A DNA stretch of 64,000 nt. Source: an uncultured Planctomycetales bacterium. GTDB lineage: Bacteria; Omnitrophota; Gorgyraeia; Gygaellales; JAHJCI01. Every line of letters starts with the position of its first letter. Position 1 is the first letter of the stretch. The stretch covers positions 456 through 64,455 of the forward strand of contig CAZQEY010000001.1 of assembly GCA_964592485.1 (NCBI GenBank), given 5' to 3'. Below are positions 26,502-34,389 of the stretch, one piece after another. Below the pieces are notes generated by a model. It ran no database searches, was not told the origin of the DNA, and saw only the letters and a program-made list of their open reading frames with translations. The position numbers and the translations under genes are program-made.

Positions 26502-27280
26502 TTTTCATATCCATGTTTTTTTATCCCCTTGAATAAATCAAGAGGGTGACCTTCGCAAATTATCCTGCCGTTCAACAGCACATATCCTATATCTGTCTCT
26601 ACATACTGTAATATATATCCAGTATGGGTCACGATAATGCCGGCAGGGCTTCCGTTTTTGTCGGGATGAAGAAGCTCATTAATCGTGCGCCCGACTAAAG
26701 AGATATTATCCAAATCCACTCCGGATTCCGGCTCATCCAATAAAACCAGAGCAGGGTCTTGACAAAGCAACTGAAACAGCTCAGACCTCTTTAATTCCCC
26801 TCCGGAAAAGCCGTAATTCAGGTCTCTTTCCAAATGCTCGGTAAGGCCTAATTCCTGGGCAAACTGCTCTGATTTTTTTATTTCTTTGGGAGAAAGAAGG
26901 GTATCCGCCTCCGCCTTCGCTGAAGTATCTATTTCTTGGGCCTTGGCGGATAGTCCTCCGGAACCTTGGCGAAGAAGGACATCGCAGATTTTACGTAACT
27001 TGACTCCCCGCACTTGTGGCGGCTTCTGAAACATTATTCCAATGCCTAACTTTGCGCGCTCGTTCAGAGAAAGACGGGTGATATCTTTGTCTCTAAAAAT
27101 AATTCTGCCGCTGGTTATCTTATATTGAGGCATACCGATGATTGCCATTAGCAGACTGGTCTTGCCGCTGGCATTAGGACCAAGAAGCGCATAGGTCTTG
27201 CCTTTCTCAATCTTAAGATTAATCCCCTTTAAGATTTTCCTGCCCTCAATCTCAACAAATAAATCCTTAATCTCCAACAT
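26444..27280 (-). CDS. sufC: Fe-S cluster assembly ATPase SufC
   Basis: Walker A LLGPNASGKTS, ABC signature FSGGELKRSEL, Walker B LVLLDEPESG. It carries an ~40-aa insertion relative to canonical SufC. Confidence 0.85.
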   Translation of the reverse strand: MLEIKDLFVEIEGRKILKGINLKIEKGKTYALLGPNASGKTSLLMAIIGMPQYKITSGRIIFRDKDITRLSLNERAKLGIGIMFQKPPQVRGVKLRKICDVLLRQGSGGLSAKAQEIDTSAKAEADTLLSPKEIKKSEQFAQELGLTEHLERDLNYGFSGGELKRSELFQLLCQDPALVLLDEPESGVDLDNISLVGRTINELLHPDKNGSPAGIIVTHTGYILQYVETDIGYVLLNGRIICEGHPLDLFKGIKKHGYEKCAECKLRQKIKPKRVRTK

Positions 27281-27283
27281 AGA

Positions 27284-27400
27284 GACATCCTCCTTCGCCC
27301 TTCAGAAACTTAAACAATGGTAAGGCTACATAGGATAGTCCGCCGAAGCTCTACTGTCGTCTTGCTTGTTAAGAGCGAAGGCGGACATCCTTTCCCTAAT
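27284..27400 (-). promoter_or_regulatory. Conserved structured 5' leader, copy 1, upstream of sufCB; includes the Shine-Dalgarno
   Basis: ~80% identical over its conserved blocks to 29833-29950 (acatcctccttcgc ... ttaaacaatggtaaRgctacRtaggatagtccgccgaagc ... agcgaaggcggacatcctttc). On the coding strand its 3' end supplies AAGGAGG, 8 nt before the sufC ATG. Confidence 0.45.
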
Positions 27401-27914
27401 ATATATTCCTTCCCTTGATATCAATTCCGACAATTAGAGGAAAATCCTCAACATATAATTCATAAATTGCCTCCGGCCCCAATTCAGGATAAGCCCTCAA
27501 TTTGACTTTTTTCACATAACCGGCAAGCAAAGCGCCACACCCAGCATAGGTTAAAAAATAAACAGCATGATATTTCTTTATTGCTGCCGCAACCTCAGAT
27601 GAACGCCTGCCCTTGCCAATCATTGCCGCCAGCCCTGCCTTAAGTAAAGCAGGGCTAAATTCATCCATCCTAGAAGCAGTAGTCGGGCCGCAAGAGCCAA
27701 TAATCTTACCCTTTGGCGTAAGGGTTGGGCCGCAATAGTAGATAGCCTGAGCGTTTAGGTCTATGGGTAATCTCCTCTTCTGATTGATACACTCAAGTAA
27801 TCTTCTATGCGCCTGGTCCCGGGCAGTATAGATAATGCCGGTCAAGAGCACTTCATCTCCTCTTTTTAATTTTGTAATCTCTTTTTTCTCTAAAGGAGTG
27901 TTTACTCTCTTCAT
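27396..27914 (-). CDS. fumB: Class I (Fe-S) fumarate hydratase / L(+)-tartrate dehydratase, beta subunit
   Basis: 172 aa, MKRVNTPLEKKEITKLKRGDEVLLTGIIYTARDQAHRRL. Conserved with two-subunit Fe-S hydro-lyase beta chains. Confidence 0.8.
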   Translation of the reverse strand: MKRVNTPLEKKEITKLKRGDEVLLTGIIYTARDQAHRRLLECINQKRRLPIDLNAQAIYYCGPTLTPKGKIIGSCGPTTASRMDEFSPALLKAGLAAMIGKGRRSSEVAAAIKKYHAVYFLTYAGCGALLAGYVKKVKLRAYPELGPEAIYELYVEDFPLIVGIDIKGRNIY

Positions 27915-27920
27915 TTAACC

Positions 27921-28763
27921 CTATAAACTTTTTGTTGCACCTCTTAAGGCATGACAACTAATATTCACTGCCACAGGCAACCCCGCAATGTGCGTGGGAT
28001 GAGTCTCAATATTTACGCCTAAACAAGTGGTTTTTCCTCCCAGCCCCATTGGGCCGATATTTAATCTGTTTATCTGTCTTAATAAATCGTGTTCTAATTT
28101 AGAAACGTAACTCGTAACTGGTAACTCGTAACTCGTAATTTTTTTAAGTAAGGCCTTCTTGGCCATAAAACAGGCATAATCAGCCGTGCCGCCGATACCT
28201 ACTCCAATAATATAAGGCGGACAGGCATCAGGACCTGCCTCTCTTACGCTCTCGATGATGAACTCCTTTATCTGGTCGATATTGGCGGTAGGGAGAAACA
28301 TCTTCAGTCTGCTTTTATTTTCACAACCAAAGCCTTTAGGTAAAACAGCTAACTTTAAATTACTACCCTTAACTAAATCGAGATGAATAATTGCTGGTTT
28401 ATAGTCTGACTTGTTTCTGGATAGGGGATTTCCTACAATCGAATTCCTCAAATATCCTTTTTTATAGCCGGCTTCCACGCCTTTATTAATCGCTCTTTTT
28501 AAATCTCCGATAACCTTCAGATTATCGCCCAACTCTACAAAAACGCAGGGCAAACCTGTATCCTGACATATTGCCAACTTGTTCTTTTTAGCCAAGACAG
28601 CATTTTTGATAATCGCGCCCAAAACAGACTTAGCTATAGCCTTACCCTCTTCCTGATAAGCTTTTTTTAAGGCTGATAGAACATCGGGGCGAAGCGCCGT
28701 ATTAGCTTTAATACAAAGCTCAGCCACTGCTCGCTGGATAACTGAGGAGTTTAAGTTTCTCAT
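27921..28763 (-). CDS. fumA: Class I (Fe-S) fumarate hydratase, alpha subunit
   Basis: 280 aa with Fe-S hydro-lyase alpha-region motifs (CQDTGLP, GIGGTADY). It contains a heptanucleotide tandem repeat at about 28107-28141. Confidence 0.8.
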   Translation of the reverse strand: MRNLNSSVIQRAVAELCIKANTALRPDVLSALKKAYQEEGKAIAKSVLGAIIKNAVLAKKNKLAICQDTGLPCVFVELGDNLKVIGDLKRAINKGVEAGYKKGYLRNSIVGNPLSRNKSDYKPAIIHLDLVKGSNLKLAVLPKGFGCENKSRLKMFLPTANIDQIKEFIIESVREAGPDACPPYIIGVGIGGTADYACFMAKKALLKKITSYELPVTSYVSKLEHDLLRQINRLNIGPMGLGGKTTCLGVNIETHPTHIAGLPVAVNISCHALRGATKSL

Positions 28764-29155
28764 TTTTTATACTCTGCAGTTACTATTGTTTTAATCCCGC
28801 CGCGTACATTAAACTCACCGTTAATCCTAAGCCAGCGGGGCTTGCATACCCTTACTAAATCCTCCAACATCTTATTCACTACATGTTCATGAAATATCCC
28901 GAGATTGCGATAGAAAATCGTGTACATCTTGAATGACTTCAATTCAATGCAGTATTTATCTGGAGAATATTCAATTCTAATTACGGCGAAATCAGGCAGG
29001 TTCGTTTTCGGGCAGATACAGGTAAACTCGGGGATTTCAAGACTTATGGTATATTCCTTATCCGGGTATTTGTTCTGCCAGACCTCAATGGCAGGAGTCT
29101 TTAATTGCCTAACGCTTTCCTGCAGACCCTCATAGCGGCTTTTTCGCTTATTCAT
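28760..29155 (-). CDS. queF: NADPH-dependent 7-cyano-7-deazaguanine (preQ0) reductase QueF, type I
   Basis: Catalytic Cys in TCICPKTNLPDF and the QueF motif ELKSFKMY. Confidence 0.8.
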   Translation of the reverse strand: MNKRKSRYEGLQESVRQLKTPAIEVWQNKYPDKEYTISLEIPEFTCICPKTNLPDFAVIRIEYSPDKYCIELKSFKMYTIFYRNLGIFHEHVVNKMLEDLVRVCKPRWLRINGEFNVRGGIKTIVTAEYKK

Positions 29156-29826
29156 CTTATTCCTGCCAACTTATGCACCTGAGGAATAACCCTTACATCT
29201 GATAGAAACCTAAGAGAATATTCCTTAAATCCCTGAATCTTATCCATAAGCCATCTATTTAATTCAAACGAATTTGGCTGTAGAATAAAAGGGATATTCT
29301 GATTAAAATCGGACAGCAGTTCAACAGCTTTCTTCAGATCCGCTACATCGGTATCATGACAGATAACCGCCTTGACAAACACCTTCCCTCGCGAGGCAAT
29401 ATCTAAAAAGGCTTTATGCTCCTGCCAGAATTCCCGCAATCCGGTCGAAGAGGGAAGTTTAAAATCCATGGCTATAATGTCGGTGTAATCGATTATATCC
29501 TTCAGAGCCGACGGGAGGGTAGCGTTAGTCTCTAAATAAGTCGTTAAGCCCTTTTGCTTAACCAGAGGCAGGAATTCTTTCAGGAAATCCTTCTGCATCA
29601 AAGGCTCACCCCCGGTTAAAGAAACAGAGTGAAAATTATTGGAATACGATTTTAAATGACTGAACAATTCATAAGGCTCGTATTCCTTAAATTCATCTAA
29701 TCGGGTATCGCAAAATTTGCACTGATTCAAATTACAGCCATAGAAGCGGATAAAAATCTGCCTTTCGCCTAAATATACGCCCTCACCCTGAATACTCTCA
29801 AAAACCTCAGCAATCCTTCCCTTCAA
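29152..29826 (-). CDS. queE: 7-carboxy-7-deazaguanine synthase QueE (radical SAM)
   Basis: CNLNQCKFCD cluster motif, QGEGVYLG, 224 aa. It appears to use a TTG start preceded by AAGGAGGA. Confidence 0.8.
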   Translation of the reverse strand: MKGRIAEVFESIQGEGVYLGERQIFIRFYGCNLNQCKFCDTRLDEFKEYEPYELFSHLKSYSNNFHSVSLTGGEPLMQKDFLKEFLPLVKQKGLTTYLETNATLPSALKDIIDYTDIIAMDFKLPSSTGLREFWQEHKAFLDIASRGKVFVKAVICHDTDVADLKKAVELLSDFNQNIPFILQPNSFELNRWLMDKIQGFKEYSLRFLSDVRVIPQVHKLAGIR

Positions 29827-29832
29827 CTTAGG

Positions 29833-29950
29833 AACATCCTCCTTCGCTTTTCAAAAAATTAAACAATGGTAAAGCTACGTAGGATAGTCCGCCGAAGCCC
29901 TATCATAGGCTTACCCTCCGATAGCGAAGGCGGACATCCTTTCTGCCTCA
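29833..29950 (-). promoter_or_regulatory. Conserved structured 5' leader, copy 2, upstream of queE-queF
   Basis: Homologous to 27284-27400. The Shine-Dalgarno AAGGAGGA for queE is contributed by the element's 3' end. Confidence 0.45.
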
Positions 29951-30694
29951 GCCGAAGCTGTTCCCTACCCGTCCGGCAGGCGGGCGCCTTCGGCGGAAAT
30001 CAAGGAGAGGATCAGGAATGCCTGCCTCGGCAAAACCCTTGGCGCGAAAATAGCAGCTGTCACATCTGCCGCAGGGCTTCCCTCTCCCTCGATAACAAGA
30101 CCAGGTCAATTCAAAGGGAACCTTTAGCCTTAAACCTGACTTAATAATCTCTGATTTTCTTTTACTGATTAAAGGGGCCTGAATACTTATCTCTTCTTTC
30201 TCTACCCCTGACCTTGTCCCGGTTTTAATTATTTTCTTAAATGCATTGAAAAAATCTTCACGGCAATCGGGATAGTCGGAATAATCCTGCATATGCGCGC
30301 CGATAAATATCGCACTGGCGCCGACTGCCTCTGCAAAAGAAACAGCAAAGCTTAAGAACACTATATTCCGGCCGGGAACATAAGTTGAGGGGATATTTAC
30401 CCCTTTGCTCTTCCTCGCGGCTATCCTGTGGGGAATCCGTATCTTCCTATCTAATAGACTTGAGCCTTTCCAAGGAAGGTCTATTTTTAGGACCTGACAC
30501 CGGCAGGCCGCTGCTCTAGCAATCCTTTTTGCCGACTCAATTTCTTTTTTATGACGCTGCCCGTAATCAAAAATAAGGCAATGACAAAAGAAGCCTCGAT
30601 GCTTGGCAATATAGAGGGTTACAGCCGAATCTAATCCGCCTGATAAGAGAACAATTGCCTTACGAAGGGCAGAAACGGCCTTCTTATCTTCCAT
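29948..30694 (-). CDS. queC: 7-cyano-7-deazaguanine synthase QueC
   Basis: PP-loop LLSGGLDSAV and a C-terminal zinc site CGRCDSC. Confidence 0.85.
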   Translation of the reverse strand: MEDKKAVSALRKAIVLLSGGLDSAVTLYIAKHRGFFCHCLIFDYGQRHKKEIESAKRIARAAACRCQVLKIDLPWKGSSLLDRKIRIPHRIAARKSKGVNIPSTYVPGRNIVFLSFAVSFAEAVGASAIFIGAHMQDYSDYPDCREDFFNAFKKIIKTGTRSGVEKEEISIQAPLISKRKSEIIKSGLRLKVPFELTWSCYRGRGKPCGRCDSCYFRAKGFAEAGIPDPLLDFRRRRPPAGRVGNSFG

Positions 30695-31043
30695 AATAAG
30701 TAGCCGAACAGCTATCCGATTCCCAGACTGTTACTGATTTAAGACCCAAGACTTGCTTGCTTAGGTTATTATAAATAAACTTAGCGATGTTTTCCGAGCT
30801 GGGGTTTATTCTTTTAAAGTAACTCAGGCTATTAAGATACTTATGGTCCAACTCGTCCAGAAGCTTATTCAAGCAGGATTTTATTTGCTTAAAGTCCAAA
30901 AGTATGCCCTTTTTGTCTAATTTCATTCCGCAAACAAGCACCTCAACCTTCCAGTTATGCCCGTGAAGGCCTTCGCACTTGCCCAGGTATTCCCTTAAAT
31001 TATGTGCCGCGCTAAATTCGCCAGTTACCTTAAGTTCGAACAT
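30684..31043 (-). CDS. queD: 6-carboxy-5,6,7,8-tetrahydropterin synthase QueD
   Basis: CEGLHGHNWKVEV (Cys-x-x-HGH zinc and catalytic motif). 119 aa. Confidence 0.8.
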   Translation of the reverse strand: MFELKVTGEFSAAHNLREYLGKCEGLHGHNWKVEVLVCGMKLDKKGILLDFKQIKSCLNKLLDELDHKYLNSLSYFKRINPSSENIAKFIYNNLSKQVLGLKSVTVWESDSCSATYYGR

Positions 31044-31839
31044 CGCTTATCTTTTTAACTTTCGATAACCTGTATCCTAAAAAGCGGACTGCCTGCCGGG
31101 AAAATCCTTCGGGGTCATCCGTAACATAAAACTTATATTTGCCCTTAGCCCTTGATTTCTTCTTAATTAACCCTCGGCTCTTCAAGGTACTCTCAACTTC
31201 ACTAGCCACCTGTTGGGCAGAATCAATCAGGCAGACTCTTTTACCAAGGACCTTGCTGATTGCTGGCTTAAGCAGCGGATAATGGGTGCAGCCGAGAATA
31301 AGGCTGTCCAGCTTATGATTTTTTTTAACCAGCGGCTCAAGGTATCTCTTGATAATCGTGACTGTCTCTGACTGTTTAAACCATCCTTCCTCAACTAGAG
31401 GTACAAACAGAGGGCATGCCTTACTGATTACCTTAATTGTTGAGTCAATTTTCTTTATCTGTCTCTCGTAAGCCCTGCTCTTTATGGTTGCGCGCGTGCC
31501 GATTACACCTATGCACTTTGTCCTGGTCAGTCTGGCTGCCTTTCTGGCTCCCGGCTGAATGACACCAATAATTGGAACTCGAAAATGCCCCTGAATAGCA
31601 TCTAAAGCAAGACTTGATGCGGTATTACAGGCAATGACAATAAGCTTAACATTTTGTTTTAGCAAGAACAGGATATTATCCAACGTAAATCTGATTATTG
31701 TACCGGCAGATTTTGTGCCGTAAGGAAGCCGGGCAGTATCCCCCAGGTAAATTATATCTTCTGCGGGTAGATGCCGTATTAATTCTTTAACTACAGTAAG
31801 ACCGCCGATTCCTGAATCAAACACTCCAATTGGTCTCAT
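31030..31839 (-). CDS. murI: Glutamate racemase
   Basis: IGVFDSGIGGLTV, ACNTAS and GCTHYP motifs. Confidence 0.85.
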   Translation of the reverse strand: MRPIGVFDSGIGGLTVVKELIRHLPAEDIIYLGDTARLPYGTKSAGTIIRFTLDNILFLLKQNVKLIVIACNTASSLALDAIQGHFRVPIIGVIQPGARKAARLTRTKCIGVIGTRATIKSRAYERQIKKIDSTIKVISKACPLFVPLVEEGWFKQSETVTIIKRYLEPLVKKNHKLDSLILGCTHYPLLKPAISKVLGKRVCLIDSAQQVASEVESTLKSRGLIKKKSRAKGKYKFYVTDDPEGFSRQAVRFLGYRLSKVKKISDVRT

Positions 31840-31889
31840 TTATGGCTAAGGGCACCCTTTAATCTAACCAGAAGGCTCCCCTGAATTAA

Positions 31890-32062
31890 TGGTGGGGTGC
31901 GGGGAATCGAACCCGTCGTCGCTTACGCTCCTCCTCATAGGGGCTTTATCACACTTATGCCTTAGCTGAAATCTTCTTTTAAGTCAAACTTCAGCCAAGG
32001 CTAAAACTTTGATAAAGCTTATTGCCCCTCTGACGCTTCACTTCGTTCCGCTGTCACCCCGC
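31890..32062 (-). ncRNA. Truncated tmRNA-like relic (~173 nt): tRNA-like ends without a tag reading frame or pseudoknots
   Basis: 3' end GGGTTCGATTCCCCGCACCCCACCA differs at a single position from the tmRNA 3' end. 5' end GGGGTGACAGCGGAACGAAG resembles the tmRNA 5' consensus (GGGG..G...GG.TCGAC). T-stem and acceptor pairing are imperfect. Confidence 0.35.
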
Positions 32063-32137
32063 AGCGTAGCTAAAGTAAGTTATTCATTGAGGGGAAAATC
32101 TTTCCCCTCAAACTCCCCTTTCGGGTTCGTTTCAATT

Positions 32138-32545
32138 TGGTGGAGGTGCGGGGAATCGAACCCCGGTCCTTCAGCAATCAGATAAAAATCGCTACATGTT
32201 TAGTCAGTCTATTGAGCTTAACCCCGAAAAACTCCGACAGACAGGATTCTCTCAGGGCGCAGCCTTTTAGAATCTCGCTCCGGCACCAAAGGCTAATTTA
32301 CCGAAGCCAGCCTACTAACCGCTCTATTTCATCCCGCAGGCTGAATGAATAGAGGCTTCGGGCTTAATTAAGCCCGAAGACTGGGAGGAACATTGGTCCA
32401 GCCATTACTGGTGACTGAAGCGTTGTTCCTAAACGTGACACTTGTGTGTTCGCGTTTGTATTGTGCAAGGTGTTTTTCGAGGCCTCCTTGCAACCTCGAC
32501 ATGCTACTTTTATCCGATTTGCTCAAGTCGAGCCCTTTCACCCCC
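32138..32545 (-). ncRNA. ssrA: tmRNA (SsrA)
   Basis: 5' GGGGGTGAAAGGGCTCGACTTG and 3' GGGGTTCGATTCCCCGCACCTCCACCA. The 7-bp acceptor stem carries the G3·U70 tRNA-Ala identity wobble. The T-loop TTCGATT and CCA are encoded. A 12-bp perfect palindrome CTTCGGGCTTAA/TTAAGCCCGAAG carries the TAA stop expected for helix 5. smpB is adjacent. Confidence 0.7.
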
Positions 32546-32682
32546 GAATTTTCTTTCGTTTTACTGCCGGAAAATTCATCCCGAGTAACCTTATGATTAG
32601 TCTATCAGTTACGAGGGACAAATTCTCTATCATTTTAGTATCTCAAAATTTAATCCCGGCAACATACTGATTACGAGAAACA

Positions 32683-33138
32683 TTATTGCCTTCTGCTTCT
32701 TAAAACCCGACGTAATTGACGCTCTGCCTCGCGGCGTTTAATCGTTTCTCTACGGTCGTATAGCTTCTTTCCTTTACAGAGAGCAAGTTCTATTTTTACG
32801 TATCCGCGTTCATTAAAATAAAGCCGCAAGGGAATTAAGGTGAAGCCGCGCTGGAGAACCTCTCCCGCAATCTTCCTGATTTGATTCTTATGTAAAAGCA
32901 GGCGGCGTACCCGGACAGGGTCAACATTAAAGAAGCTGGCCTGAGCATAAGGGGTAATGTGTATATTATACAGCAAAACCTGACCATTTTCAACCCGGGC
33001 AAAGCTATCACTAAGATTTGCACGACCGGCTCTAATTGATTTTACCTCGCTGCCCATTAGCTGAATCCCGGCTTCCCAAACCTTAAGGATTTTATAATCC
33101 CGGCCCGCCTTACGATTCCTAATCTCTACCTTGTCCAT
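32683..33138 (-). CDS. smpB: SsrA-binding protein SmpB
   Basis: KSIRAGRANLSDSFARVENGQVLLYNIHITPY and a basic C-terminal tail. Confidence 0.9.
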   Translation of the reverse strand: MDKVEIRNRKAGRDYKILKVWEAGIQLMGSEVKSIRAGRANLSDSFARVENGQVLLYNIHITPYAQASFFNVDPVRVRRLLLHKNQIRKIAGEVLQRGFTLIPLRLYFNERGYVKIELALCKGKKLYDRRETIKRREAERQLRRVLRSRRQ

Positions 33139-34070
33139 ATTAAACTTAAAAACAGGGGTATACTAACTAAACTAAACAGGTGAGTAAACAGTACCCCTTG
33201 ACTGATTAACAAATCCTCTCTTTTATAATAAGTAATAATTAATGAGAGTGAAGTAGCAGAGGGCATAGCTAACTGTATTATAAACAATAAACCAAATAGC
33301 CGGGGAGGAGAGAATTTCCAGATAAACAACAAACCCAGAAAGGGTAAGATTAAAAGCTTAACCAGAATCAATAGGAAGACGAGCTTAAACCGAACCCTCC
33401 TGATCTGAATTAAACCAAGACTGCCCCCCACTACAAACATTGCCAGAGGCAGAGTAGAATCACCAAGCATCTTTATGGGTTTTAATATAATCTCGGGAAT
33501 AAATTTATTCCCACCGACGCCCACCAGCAGCATAGTGATTACTGTTGTTAATACGGGCGGACTAAACAGGCTGGCTAATTCAAATCTCTTATTTCTCTGG
33601 TGAGATAGAAAATGAACCCCCAAAGACCACATCACCAGATTAAATCCCAACAAGAACAAGAAGATATAAATAAACATCAAGCCCGCCTCTTCAGGGCTTA
33701 ATAATGCGGCAACCAGAGCAAGAGGAAGATAACCGGAGTTCTGAAACGAGGTTAGGCTTAAGAATTGCCTTCTTGCTTCGCCCTGTTTAATAAGACCGGC
33801 AAAAACCGCTCCCACCAAGAAGCCTAAAAGCGTAATTGCGAAACTGGTCAAAGGGAAAATCCACCAGGCAGGCTTTAAACCAAAACTGAATCCCCGGATT
33901 AATTGAGAAAAAATCATTGCCGGCAGGGTTACTGTAATAACCAGACGACTAATAAGATCCATCCCCTGCCTGGTTAAAATATTTTTCTTTACCAGGAAAT
34001 AGCCAATTACTCCCAAAATAAAGATTTGTCCTATCGCCCCGGAAACCAAACCAAAGGATTTTAAAAACAT
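33126..34070 (-). CDS. Auxin-efflux-carrier (AEC) family membrane transporter
   Basis: Ten predicted TM segments arranged in two halves. 314 aa. Confidence 0.65.
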   Translation of the reverse strand: MFLKSFGLVSGAIGQIFILGVIGYFLVKKNILTRQGMDLISRLVITVTLPAMIFSQLIRGFSFGLKPAWWIFPLTSFAITLLGFLVGAVFAGLIKQGEARRQFLSLTSFQNSGYLPLALVAALLSPEEAGLMFIYIFLFLLGFNLVMWSLGVHFLSHQRNKRFELASLFSPPVLTTVITMLLVGVGGNKFIPEIILKPIKMLGDSTLPLAMFVVGGSLGLIQIRRVRFKLVFLLILVKLLILPFLGLLFIWKFSPPRLFGLLFIIQLAMPSATSLSLIITYYKREDLLISQGVLFTHLFSLVSIPLFLSLIWTR

Positions 34071-34242
34071 AAGTTAATTATATACTAAAATCAGCTCCTC
34101 GCAATTCTTTTTAGGGACACCCTGCCGATTGGCTCAAAGCCTGCCTGCCGGCAGGCAGGGGTGTCCCCCAATTGGCAGAAAGGATGCCCCTAAATTAATT
34201 GACAAGTTCTTTAGTCTAATATATACTTAAAAATTGCTTCTT

Positions 34243-34330
34243 GCCGAGATGGCGGAATTTGGTATACGCGTATGCTTCAGGAGCATATGGGCTTATGCCC
34301 TTGGGGGTTCGACTCCCCCTCTCGGCACCA
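34243..34330 (+). tRNA. tRNA-Leu (CAG), class II with a long variable arm; CCA encoded
   Basis: GCCGAGATGGCGGAATTTGGTATACGCGTATGCTTCAGGAGCATATGGGCTTATGCCCTTGGGGGTTCGACTCCCCCTCTCGGCACCA. Anticodon loop TTCAGGA, variable arm TGGGCTTATGCCC. Confidence 0.85.
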
Positions 34331-34389
34331 GAATTATCTCTACACCAATTGGAGCATAACCTAAATAATTTTTAAATTGGCGTGGGGAT

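Noticed and set aside
29866-30144. + strand ORF 29866..30144
   Set aside because: It overlaps the conserved leader element and the 3' end of queC on the opposite strand. The Arg/Ser-rich translation reflects the GC-rich palindrome.
32137-32670. Track ORFs 32137..32352, 32393..32596 and 32446..32670 (+)
   Set aside because: They are antisense to, or within, the tmRNA gene and have no RBS. The region is explained by ssrA.
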